This document shows, in pieces, positions 39,110 to 47,531 of a stretch of 64,000 nt of DNA. The DNA comes from Desulfatiglandales bacterium (GTDB taxonomy: Bacteria > Desulfobacterota > DSM-4660 > Desulfatiglandales > HGW-15): contig CAXXJJ010000001.1 in NCBI GenBank assembly GCA_963667015.2, positions 1,472,001-1,536,000 of the forward strand, written 5' to 3'. Positions within the stretch are counted from its first letter, which is position 1. Every line of letters starts with the position of its first letter. Made by a program: the position numbers and the translations under genes. The notes beneath the pieces were generated by a model that had not been told where the DNA came from, ran no database searches, and saw only the letters and a list, made by a program, of their open reading frames with translations.

Positions 39110-39355
39110 ATGCTGGATATTGAAATGAAGGATTTAATCGCTACTGTTGCAAGGATGCTTGTGGACGAACCGGAACGGGTCATTACTACAGAGATAAAAG
39201 GACAACAGTCCTCTGTGATTGAACTGAAAGTGGCCAGTGAGGATGTGGGGAAAATAATAGGGAGGCAGGGGCGAACTGCACAGGCCCTGAGATGCATCCT
39301 TATGGCAGCTTCAGCCAAACTGAAAAAGAGATGCACCCTGGAGATACTGGACTAG
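39110..39355 (+). CDS. khpA: KH-domain RNA-binding protein KhpA (copy 2)
   Basis: Near-identical to 25313-25558 (five nucleotide differences by eye). Confidence 0.93.
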   Translation: MLDIEMKDLIATVARMLVDEPERVITTEIKGQQSSVIELKVASEDVGKIIGRQGRTAQALRCILMAASAKLKKRCTLEILD

Positions 39356-39441
39356 GTATATCTGCTTTATCCAGGGTGTCTTTTCCTGAAACCTGATAAT
39401 GACCTTATGGGTGATCCCTGCCGGTAAAATCTTGAAAATAT

Positions 39442-39590
39442 GGTCATATATGGCTACTTGCTATATGTGACCATTATTTTGCATCAATACGGCCTTATCA
39501 ATCGACCCTTCAACTTTGATGATCTAATGTTAATTCAATGTGTTGGCTCAAACAGTATTTTATTCCATCAGTCTGGCATGAAGCTTGGAT
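39442..39590 (+). promoter_or_regulatory. Sigma54 promoter C with tandem enhancer
   Basis: GGTCATATATGGCT (39442) + TGCTATATGTGACC (39459); TGGCAT-N5-TTGG at 39574. Confidence 0.7.
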
Positions 39591-39618
39591 ATATAGATTA
39601 ACAGCAGCAATTTCAATT

Positions 39619-39690
39619 ATATTCAAACCCTTTAAGATGAGTGAACTTCAAAGCGCTATCGAAGGAGCCCTGGTATATGGAAGCAGATAG
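39619..39690 (+). pseudogene. C-terminal remnant of a receiver-domain gene
   Basis: IFKPFKMSELQSAIEGAL, compare VMFKPFRMKELEENI in 36670-36990. Confidence 0.5.
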
Positions 39691-39735
39691 GAAAGAACGT
39701 TTTAAGCGGAATAATCGCAAAAAGGAGATCAAAAT

Positions 39736-40227
39736 ATGAAAAGGATATTTATCAATAAAGCATGGATAATACTTTTAATGACCTTAATTTTACTGCCTGT
39801 TTCCGGTGGATTTGCCCAGGGAGTACGGGAAGACAGTCTCAACGAAGGTTATGGTTCATACAACATGATGGGGCAGGATCCGGATGAAATACTGGAATAT
39901 GGGCGAAAAATGATGAGATACGGCTTTAATGAGGGGGCAGGTGCATCTTTCAAGTATCCCGGCTATGACAGGAACCTGAATGCGGAAACGGTTAAGAAAC
40001 TGAATGCTGAACAGGAGGCTTTTATCAATGTTACTGAGGATCTCAGGCAGGCAATATATGAGAAGGAGCTTTACCTGAAAGTCGAGTTGTCCAAAAAAGA
40101 ACCTGATGCCAATACCGCCCTTGGTTTTCAAAAGGAACTTTCAGAGGCCAGGGGGAAATTTGGACAATATATGGTTCAACACTTAATCCGCATGAAAAAA
40201 ATAAATATGGAAGCTGAGTTAAAATAG
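39736..40227 (+). CDS. Periplasmic Spy/CpxP/ZraP-like protein
   Basis: Signal peptide, Met/Gly-rich segment, TEDLRQAIYEKELYLKVELSKKEPD helical hairpin. Confidence 0.7.
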   Translation: MKRIFINKAWIILLMTLILLPVSGGFAQGVREDSLNEGYGSYNMMGQDPDEILEYGRKMMRYGFNEGAGASFKYPGYDRNLNAETVKKLNAEQEAFINVTEDLRQAIYEKELYLKVELSKKEPDANTALGFQKELSEARGKFGQYMVQHLIRMKKINMEAELK

Positions 40228-40297
40228 GGTGGTAATGAATATGGATGCCGGGATACTTATGTTTCCGGCCACCTTTAAACACAGACGATGATAACGG

Positions 40298-40633
40298 GTG
40301 AAATTAATGATCTTAACAAGAATAGTTTTCACTGCCCTTCCGGAAAAGCAAAAAGAGCTCATGCAGACACTTCTTTCGATGCTTGAGACAAAAGGAAGGG
40401 AGAAGGGTTGTATGAGTTATGGCATTTATAGCGATATCCATAAAAATACTGTTTTTAATCTGATTGAGGAATGGAAGACCCGTGAAGATCTTAACAGGTA
40501 TTTGAGCTCTGAAAGTTTCAGTGTTTTGCTTGGGACAAAGAGCCTTTTAGCAAAACCCATGGACATAAAAATCCATTCGGTTTTACATACAGAAGGAAAC
40601 GATGCTGTATATATTCTGAGGGATCAACAATGA
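40298..40633 (+). CDS. ABM-family (putative quinol monooxygenase-like) protein
   Basis: PEKQKELMQTL...EKGCMSY...LIEEWKTREDL. Confidence 0.8.
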   Translation: MKLMILTRIVFTALPEKQKELMQTLLSMLETKGREKGCMSYGIYSDIHKNTVFNLIEEWKTREDLNRYLSSESFSVLLGTKSLLAKPMDIKIHSVLHTEGNDAVYILRDQQ

Positions 40634-40675
40634 ATTGATAAAAAAGGAAATACCTGTGCGAAAGGCCATTGCTGC

Positions 40676-40759
40676 ACAATAGGAAGATTGATTCGTATCC
40701 TGTCTGTCATCGCAATCGTTGTGGTGATTATACAGATTATTGAGGTTGTAAAAGCGTAA
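40676..40759 (+). pseudogene. Degenerate lmo0937-like fragment
   Basis: TIGRLIRILSVIAIVVVIIQII resembles TIGGFIHILLVLAIIMVLIRVI at 41155; no start codon. Confidence 0.5.
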
Positions 40760-40816
40760 AACAATATGAGGACGTTGCCAAAAAAGGCAAGGAGTTTACA
40801 AAGAGGGGTAACTGAA

Positions 40817-41131
40817 ATGAAAAAGAGACATATCGTTATTAACTGTTTATTTGTTTTTATGCTGACTGCCGGTTTTACTGGCTGTGGTTCTACATCCAGA
40901 CAGTCGAGTGTGGGCGAGTACGTTGACGATTCGGTCATTACGACCAAGGTGAAATCTCTGCTTGCAGCGGATGACTTTCTCAAATCATTTAATATAGGGG
41001 TTGAGACCTACAAGGGCAGTGTTCAACTGAGCGGCTTTGTTGCTACTCAAAAGGCTGTCGATAAAGCGGAGGAGATCGCACAAGGCGTCAAAGGGGTTGA
41101 ATCAGTAAAGAATGATCTGATCGTGAAATAG
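40817..41131 (+). CDS. BON-domain (OsmY-like) lipoprotein
   Basis: Lipobox FTGC; DDSVITTKVKS...VETYKGSVQLSGFV...VKGVESVKNDL. Confidence 0.92.
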   Translation: MKKRHIVINCLFVFMLTAGFTGCGSTSRQSSVGEYVDDSVITTKVKSLLAADDFLKSFNIGVETYKGSVQLSGFVATQKAVDKAEEIAQGVKGVESVKNDLIVK

Positions 41132-41154
41132 GTGGCCGAAAGGCGGTGAATCAT

Positions 41155-41304
41155 ATGTTGTGGACAATTGCTTTAATAATGTTAGTTCTGTGGCTGCTGG
41201 GAATGGTGAGCAGTTATACTATAGGAGGCTTCATCCATATCCTGCTGGTACTTGCCATTATCATGGTGCTGATCAGGGTCATTCAGGGGCGCAGAGTCCT
41301 GTAG
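41155..41304 (+). CDS. lmo0937-family small membrane protein (49 aa, below the ORF-track cutoff)
   Basis: MLWTIALIMLVLWLLGMVSSYTIGGFIHILLVLAIIMVLIRVIQGRRVL. Confidence 0.88.
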   Translation: MLWTIALIMLVLWLLGMVSSYTIGGFIHILLVLAIIMVLIRVIQGRRVL

Positions 41305-41351
41305 GCAGCAAGAAAGCGTGGTTAAACTTCAGTTATTAAGTGAGGAGTGTA

Positions 41352-41573
41352 ATGAAAATATACACATTGACAGCTATTATCCTTATTGTGATCGGAATCT
41401 TCGCATTTGCCTACCAGGGTTTTACCTTTACGACAAGAGAGAAGGTTGTTGATCTGGGTCCCATCCACATGACGGCAGAAAAAACAAGGACAATTCCGCT
41501 TCCGCCGATTGTGGGCGGTATAGCCCTTGCGGGCGGCATCGTGTTGCTGGTCGTGGGAAGAAAGAAAGCCTGA
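41352..41573 (+). CDS. DUF3185-like small membrane protein
   Basis: YQGFTFTTREKVVDLGPI...TIPLPPIVGGIALAGGIVLL; RBS GAGGAG. Confidence 0.85.
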   Translation: MKIYTLTAIILIVIGIFAFAYQGFTFTTREKVVDLGPIHMTAEKTRTIPLPPIVGGIALAGGIVLLVVGRKKA

Positions 41574-41607
41574 TGGAATATAAAATCTTTCAAACAGGGA
41601 GAAAATA

Positions 41608-41772
41608 ATGAAGCCAAATCCAAATAACGAAAAACCTGATACACAGGTGAAGGAAAAAGCCCAGGATAGCGCTTTGCTAAAAGGCAAGCCGGTCAAAATA
41701 AATGCCGAGGCTAAGGTTGAGTTTTATAAAAAGGTCCAAATCCTGCGTCGAGAGAGAAGAATGCAGCAATGA
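41608..41772 (+). CDS. Small hypothetical protein (54 aa)
   Basis: RBS AGGGAG; MKPNPNNEKPD...RRERRMQQ*. Confidence 0.5.
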   Translation: MKPNPNNEKPDTQVKEKAQDSALLKGKPVKINAEAKVEFYKKVQILRRERRMQQ

Positions 41773-41905
41773 TTTAGCAGGTATCGATACGGCCATGGGA
41801 GATTTGGGTAATGCCTGTAAAAAAGTTATGGCCGAGTTCAGTAGATGATTGCCTTCTGATTAATGGAAATGATGGCTGCAGAAATAAACCCGGGGAGGAG
41901 AAGGT

Positions 41906-42030
41906 ATGACATCCCTCCAAAAAGCGGTGTTCCTGTTCGACGTGGATAACACCCTGCTAGACAATGTTGAAGCCATATACCCTGCCAGTCATTAGTTATG
42001 GTTGACGATAAACTGCATATCCTGATAGCG
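41906..42030 (+). pseudogene. HAD-family hydrolase remnant with internal deletion
   Basis: RBS GGAGGAG; MTSLQKAVFLFDVDNTLLDN joined directly to VEAIYPASH*VMVDDKLHIL (motifs I and IV). Confidence 0.7.
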
Positions 42031-42237
42031 AGGTTTCGCGGGAGTCATCAGTGAAGCCGGTTAACCCACACATACTTATTCTATCGCTGTCCGCGTCATT
42101 CGCACGGACGAAGAACTGATGATCGCGCATCCGGGTGTGCCACATACTCTGAATTAGCATGGCAGCCTAAACAAGGAGTTAGGAGCAAGGTCCGAAATGA
42201 ATATTTAAAAACCTTAAAAATCGAAAGGTAGTCAATT

Positions 42238-42981
42238 ATGCTAATCAAAATAAAGACATTACAGGGCTTTGAATTAAACAGCCAAAACGGAGAAATAGGG
42301 AAAGTCGAACAATTCTACTTTGATGATCAGCACTGGGCAATTCGCTATCTTGTAGCCGACACCGGAAACTGGCTCAGGGACAGGAAGGTGCTGATCTCCC
42401 CCTATGCCCTTGTCACTGTGAACAAAGAAGATAAAAATATAATACTCAATTTGACTAAAAAGCAGATTGAGGACAGTCCGCTCCTGGAGAATGACAGACC
42501 GGTCTCGCAGCAATTCGAGGAGGCCTACCACGGGTATTATGGATGGCCGATATACTGGTATGGCTCAAGCATGTGGGGGGCCTATCCCTCTATTGAGCGT
42601 GACCGTGAAAAATGGAAAAAAACCGTCCAAAGTAAAAAAGCCCGGGATATGAATTTGCGCAGCAGTAATGCTGTGAGTGGTTATATCATTCAAGCCTCAG
42701 ACGGAGAGATTGGACATGTAGATGATTTTATCATCGATGACGAAGCGTGGGCGATCCGTTATTTGATCATCGATACCGTGAACTGGTGGTCGGGGAAAAA
42801 GGTCCTTATCTCACCACGATGGATTGAGCATGTTAGTTGGGAAAAGTCAGAAGTCTTCGTCAATATTTCCCGCGAGACCATCAAACAGGCACCGGAATAC
42901 AAGGATGGGTCTCTGCTGACGCGGAATTATGAGGCCGAACTGCACCAGCATTATAATCATCAGGGATACTGGGGTAATTAA
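42238..42981 (+). CDS. Tandem PRC-barrel domain protein
   Basis: Two copies of GEIGxVxxFxxDDxxWAIRYLxxDTxNW..KVLISP. Confidence 0.92.
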   Translation: MLIKIKTLQGFELNSQNGEIGKVEQFYFDDQHWAIRYLVADTGNWLRDRKVLISPYALVTVNKEDKNIILNLTKKQIEDSPLLENDRPVSQQFEEAYHGYYGWPIYWYGSSMWGAYPSIERDREKWKKTVQSKKARDMNLRSSNAVSGYIIQASDGEIGHVDDFIIDDEAWAIRYLIIDTVNWWSGKKVLISPRWIEHVSWEKSEVFVNISRETIKQAPEYKDGSLLTRNYEAELHQHYNHQGYWGN

Positions 42982-43086
42982 TAAGGCGATCCTGAATAGG
43001 AGAGAATAAAAAAGACCTCGAAGTATAGACCTGCATAGTCTAACAGGATAAAATTATTATACCCTGGAAAGCCGGAAGAGAGAAGC

Positions 43087-43836
43087 ATGAATCTGCGTGT
43101 TCTGTCATATAATATCCACCGGGCAATCGGGCTTGACCGCCGTTTCCGTCCGCAACGCATTGCCACGATACTGGCACACCATAATGCCGATATCATCCTG
43201 CTGCAGGAAGTGGATGCAGGGGTGCCCCGCTCCCGGGGGCTGGACCTGGCCCGGGAACTGGCCGACAGTCTCGGGTATCCGCATCATGCGTTGGGGCTTA
43301 ATGTGAAACTGCGCAAGGGGATGTACGGAAACGCTACCCTGAGCCGCTATCCCATTGTTAATGAACGTAATATCGATCTAACCATTGAATCCGGCAGAGC
43401 CCGGGGTTGTCTGTATACCGACATCGCGCTGCCTGTAACAAATATGGGGAATGCGGAAATCGCGGTCTTTAATCTCCATCTTGGGTTGTCTTTTAAGGAA
43501 AGGCCCCGCCAGATCGGCATGCTGGTGCGCTCCGACGAGTTCCGTGCACTTGGCCTGCAGGATTCCTGTCTGGTAGGCGGTGACCTGAATGACTGGCAGA
43601 CGCGCCTGGCGCCCATATTTACCGAGATACTGGGATTTGAATGCGCCACCAACCATGGCTGGGGGTATCAGAAATCATTTCTTACCTATCCTTCCTTTTC
43701 ACCAAGCGGCGGCCTGGATAAAATATTCTGCCGGGGTGGGCTGGAAATTGTGGACGGTCGGCGATGTCGTCTCCGGGTCTCTAAAGTTGCCAGCGATCAT
43801 CTAGCGGTGATTGCTGATATTAAAGTTAAAATGTAA
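43087..43836 (+). CDS. Endonuclease/exonuclease/phosphatase (YbhP-like)
   Basis: SYNIH, LLQEVD, GNATLSR, HLGL, GDLND, LDKIF, ASDH. Confidence 0.92.
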   Translation: MNLRVLSYNIHRAIGLDRRFRPQRIATILAHHNADIILLQEVDAGVPRSRGLDLARELADSLGYPHHALGLNVKLRKGMYGNATLSRYPIVNERNIDLTIESGRARGCLYTDIALPVTNMGNAEIAVFNLHLGLSFKERPRQIGMLVRSDEFRALGLQDSCLVGGDLNDWQTRLAPIFTEILGFECATNHGWGYQKSFLTYPSFSPSGGLDKIFCRGGLEIVDGRRCRLRVSKVASDHLAVIADIKVKM

Positions 43837-43893
43837 GCTTTCAGGGTAAAATGCCCGGTTGCCGGATCTTTTATTAAAAAGGGAAACAGTTCT

Positions 43894-45066
43894 GTGACTC
43901 GAATGATACCAAACAATAATATCTCCCTTTTACAAAACGGTGAAGAATATTTTCCGGCAATGGAAGCGGCGCTGGACCGGGCGATGCATGAAATTTACCT
44001 GGAAAGCTATATTTTCGAAAGTGACAATACCGGAAAGCGTATTGTGGAAGCGCTCAGGCGGGCAGCTTTTCGCGGTGTAAAAACCCACATGCTGATCGAT
44101 GGCTTCGGATCGAATCGTTTTCCGAAAACCATGATCGATTACCTTGAAGCGGCCGGCGTAATGGTGTTGAAGTTCCGGCCCAGGATATCGCTCTGGACGC
44201 TGAGACGGCGGAGGTTGCGTCGTCTGCACCGGAAAATAGTGGTTGTGGACCTGAAGGTCGCGTTTGTGGGCGGCATTAATGTTATCGATGACAGTGATAT
44301 TTCCGGACAGCAATCGATTCGGTATGACCATGCGGTACAGGTTGAAGGGCCCCTGGTGGCAGAAATTCATCATTCTGCCCGCAGGGTGTGGTCGCGGGTG
44401 GCGTTGACCCGGTTGCAACCCGGCCTGCTTTTGGAAAAAGAGAGACATGCGCTTCCCGTCAAACCCGGGGGCAATATGCGTGCAGCTTTTTTGCTGAGAG
44501 ATAACATCCGCCATCGACGCGATATCGAAAATGCCTATCTTCAAGCGATGGATCATGCACAATTCGAAATCATTCTTGCAAGTGCCTATTTTTTCCCGGG
44601 GTTGAATTTTCGTCGTGTTCTTTCAGCTGCTTCAGCGCGGGGAGTCCGGGTGGTTTTGCTGTTGCAGGGAAAGACTGATCACCAGTTGCTTCATTATGCA
44701 TCACATGCCCTGTTTGGCAGTTTCCTCGAGGCAGGGATTGAGATCTATGAATACAGAAAGTGCCTCCTGCACGCCAAGGTCGCAGTGATTGATGAACATT
44801 GGGCCACGGTGGGATCCTCAAACCTTGACCCTTTCAGTCTGCTGCTTTCTCTTGAGGCAAATGTTATCATTGACGATACAGATTTTGCCAAAAAATTGAA
44901 ATACAGCCTGGAGCAGGAAGTCAGAATAGGAGCCCGGCGGGTATTTAAAAACAACTGGAGAGCGCAGGCAAAATGGCTGCGGCTGGCGAATTGGCTCTGT
45001 TACGGTCTGGTGCGATTTTTGATAGGAATTACGGGATATGCCCAGGGACAACCCCGGGACACGTAA
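43894..45066 (+). CDS. clsB: Cardiolipin synthase ClsB
   Basis: Two HKD motifs (LHRKIVVVD, LHAKVAVID), no N-terminal TM, downstream of a ybhP-like gene. Confidence 0.9.
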   Translation: MTRMIPNNNISLLQNGEEYFPAMEAALDRAMHEIYLESYIFESDNTGKRIVEALRRAAFRGVKTHMLIDGFGSNRFPKTMIDYLEAAGVMVLKFRPRISLWTLRRRRLRRLHRKIVVVDLKVAFVGGINVIDDSDISGQQSIRYDHAVQVEGPLVAEIHHSARRVWSRVALTRLQPGLLLEKERHALPVKPGGNMRAAFLLRDNIRHRRDIENAYLQAMDHAQFEIILASAYFFPGLNFRRVLSAASARGVRVVLLLQGKTDHQLLHYASHALFGSFLEAGIEIYEYRKCLLHAKVAVIDEHWATVGSSNLDPFSLLLSLEANVIIDDTDFAKKLKYSLEQEVRIGARRVFKNNWRAQAKWLRLANWLCYGLVRFLIGITGYAQGQPRDT

Positions 45067-45257
45067 GGCCGATCAGGAACAAAGCCTGAAAGTCAGACGC
45101 GATAACGTCTATACACTAATCCGCACATGGCATACTGCCCTGTACCGGCAAAATGTTGATAGCTGTGTCAGAAAAATACAGAATACACTTGATAAAGGCG
45201 TTCAGAAGCAGGGTACGTCCCGGTTTATGTGCTCTAGAACTTTAAGTGCGTCACGGA

Positions 45258-46442
45258 TTAATAATGCTCAACAGGTGGAACATATCCTACCTCAAGGCAT
45301 TTAGGAATAACTATCCTGAAGCATGCCCCTTTCAGTTTTGAATCAAACGACTTACCAAATGCATTTGGACAAATTTCTAACTTTCCACCAACTTGTTCAA
45401 TAATCTCTTTTGAAATAGAAAGACCAATACCAGTTCCTGTTCCATTTGCATATGTTTTTCCTCTTACTATGTTGTTTCCATAAACAGACGGCATGCCGTT
45501 TCCATCATCCATAACCAAAAGTTCAACTGCAGGTTTAGAATCAAGCATAGTATCACTTGCTTTTATCTTTATATAACTGGCATTGCCCCGGTCGTCATTC
45601 ACTGCGTTTTTTATCATATTATACAATACCTGTTTAAGAGAAACATTGCTTCCTGACACAGAGTCATCTTTATCTTTACAATTGTTTTCATAGACAATAT
45701 TCAGATTCTTATCTGAGTATTTTGAACTAGTCATAAAACTGTATAAATTATCAAAAACATATTTCTCGATGGAATACACCAGCGGTTTGAACCCTAATTT
45801 TGAATTTAGCATAGCTTTAGCAATATCAGCAATATGCCTTCCTCTTATTGCATATTCCTTAAGTCGATTTGGGTCCTTACGCGATAATAAATACATGTTT
45901 GTAATGTCCTGAATATAGTTATTCGTATCATGAGTAAGATCACGAAATGATTGTTTTATAAAGGCAACTTTTTTCCTTGCAACCCTTATGAAATCATTAT
46001 CCAAAGAAAGATAATCATTTTCCATAGACGTAATGAATTCTGTAAATTGAGGGAAAAAAATCAGTTTTGCCTCATGCTTATCAAAGATATCTTCCCATGT
46101 TGCCTGTACTTTTTTATCAAGACAACTTGATCCACTAATAATATCTTCACCATATTGCACCATTAATCTCAAATGTTCTTCTAAAAAATGACCGAATAAA
46201 AGTGTTGCATTAAGATAATTATTTATTTTACCATCAATTTCCGGAATCTTTTCAGAAGAAGCAAAATCCCCTATGGATAAAGATTCACAGTTTTTAGTAA
46301 CATAACTATTAAAACCACCCTTATCTGCCAAAGGTATATTTTCCAAAGATACAAGGTGGTTTATCTGTTCATTTGATTCTTGAATCATAATTTCGCCCAG
46401 AGCTTCCCTGTTGCATCCAGGAACTGCCTCATTTGACTGCAC
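45258..46442 (-). CDS. Atypical cytoplasmic histidine kinase (HATPase_c), possible frameshift at its start
   Basis: LTHDTNN H-box, QVLYNMIKNA, DDGNGM, GTGIGL; the RBS GGAGG + ATG at 46471 is one base out of frame. Confidence 0.75.
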   Translation of the reverse strand: MQSNEAVPGCNREALGEIMIQESNEQINHLVSLENIPLADKGGFNSYVTKNCESLSIGDFASSEKIPEIDGKINNYLNATLLFGHFLEEHLRLMVQYGEDIISGSSCLDKKVQATWEDIFDKHEAKLIFFPQFTEFITSMENDYLSLDNDFIRVARKKVAFIKQSFRDLTHDTNNYIQDITNMYLLSRKDPNRLKEYAIRGRHIADIAKAMLNSKLGFKPLVYSIEKYVFDNLYSFMTSSKYSDKNLNIVYENNCKDKDDSVSGSNVSLKQVLYNMIKNAVNDDRGNASYIKIKASDTMLDSKPAVELLVMDDGNGMPSVYGNNIVRGKTYANGTGTGIGLSISKEIIEQVGGKLEICPNAFGKSFDSKLKGACFRIVIPKCLEVGYVPPVEHY

Positions 46443-46652
46443 ATGGAATAAAATATGATCAATATTTTCATGGGGCTATCCTCCCTAAGTTTACTGAGAA
46501 AACATAACCTCCGTACATTCAGTTACTATATACTTAATATTCAAACGCGAATTATCATCAGTTGAGGTGTAAATTGCATGCAATTTTTGTACTGAAGGTA
46601 GAGAACCAATAATTAAGAAGATCAATAGTGAAATTATTCATTATTTCTATAA

Positions 46653-46796
46653 TCAACATTCGTGCCAGGTTTCCAACCTCGAATTCCGTGATGTATCACT
46701 TTGATTTATAAGGATAAATGCTGATAGAACTTATCCAGGCAAGTAATAAACAGGGAGGGAAAAGGGTCATATATGACGACTTGAACATATATGACC
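46653..46796 (-). promoter_or_regulatory. Sigma54 promoter D with tandem enhancer
   Basis: Minus strand GGTCATATATGTTC (46796-46783) + CGTCATATATGACC (46778-46765); TGGCAC-N5-TTGA starting at 46667. Confidence 0.75.
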
Positions 46797-46948
46797 CTTT
46801 TAATCCGCTGAAGTGGACGAATAAGCCAGAGGCTAATGCGTATAAAGTTGGACAATTGACAGAGAACAGGGGACCTCAAAATATTAAAACTTGATTGATA
46901 TTTTGAAGTACATCCCGGTTTATGTTGGCAAATCGTGGAATTTATCTA

Positions 46949-47325
46949 TTAACTGCAAACTAAAATCTCACCATACTTTATTTCTATTGCCCGAACCTCT
47001 CCTGTTGTTAATTTATTAAATTCTCTCTCCTTCGCCCGTTTTGACAGCTTTCCATTGTTTTGGGTAAGGAAGCGAATAAGCAAATCAACCAGGTTATCGG
47101 GCATATCGATATAGTTTTTAATGAACTCATTAAGCATGTCGTATTGTTTAAGGTATGCGACCTCTTCCGGAAGCGTTTTATTTACAGCTTCCTCAACACA
47201 TTCAAATAAAAACTCAGCCTGTTTAGTTGCGTCAAAATAACGATAAAGGTCGATAGTATCATTCAGGACTTCAACATTGTTTTTCTCTGTCGACCGCCAT
47301 TCTATAAAATCAAGCCTTGGCTTTA
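46949..47325 (-). pseudogene. C-terminal remnant of a Fic-family protein
   Basis: LDFIEWRSTEKNNVEVLNDTIDLYRYFDATKQAEFL...DMPDNLVDLLIRFLTQNNGKLSKRAKEREF; no start codon. Confidence 0.7.
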
Positions 47326-47531
47326 AAAAAATAGTTATATTATGTATTTTTAATGAAAATCGATTAAGTATTTAAAAGGAACAATCTTTTCCTAACAGCC
47401 TATAGCCTGCGAAAACGCTTCAGTCTGATTTTACCCTTGCTTTTTCAATCCATTAATCTTAAATCTAACCCATTAAAACTTATGGGGTCTATTAACCGAT
47501 TCAATATCTATAAAGGATCACAATAAATCAA

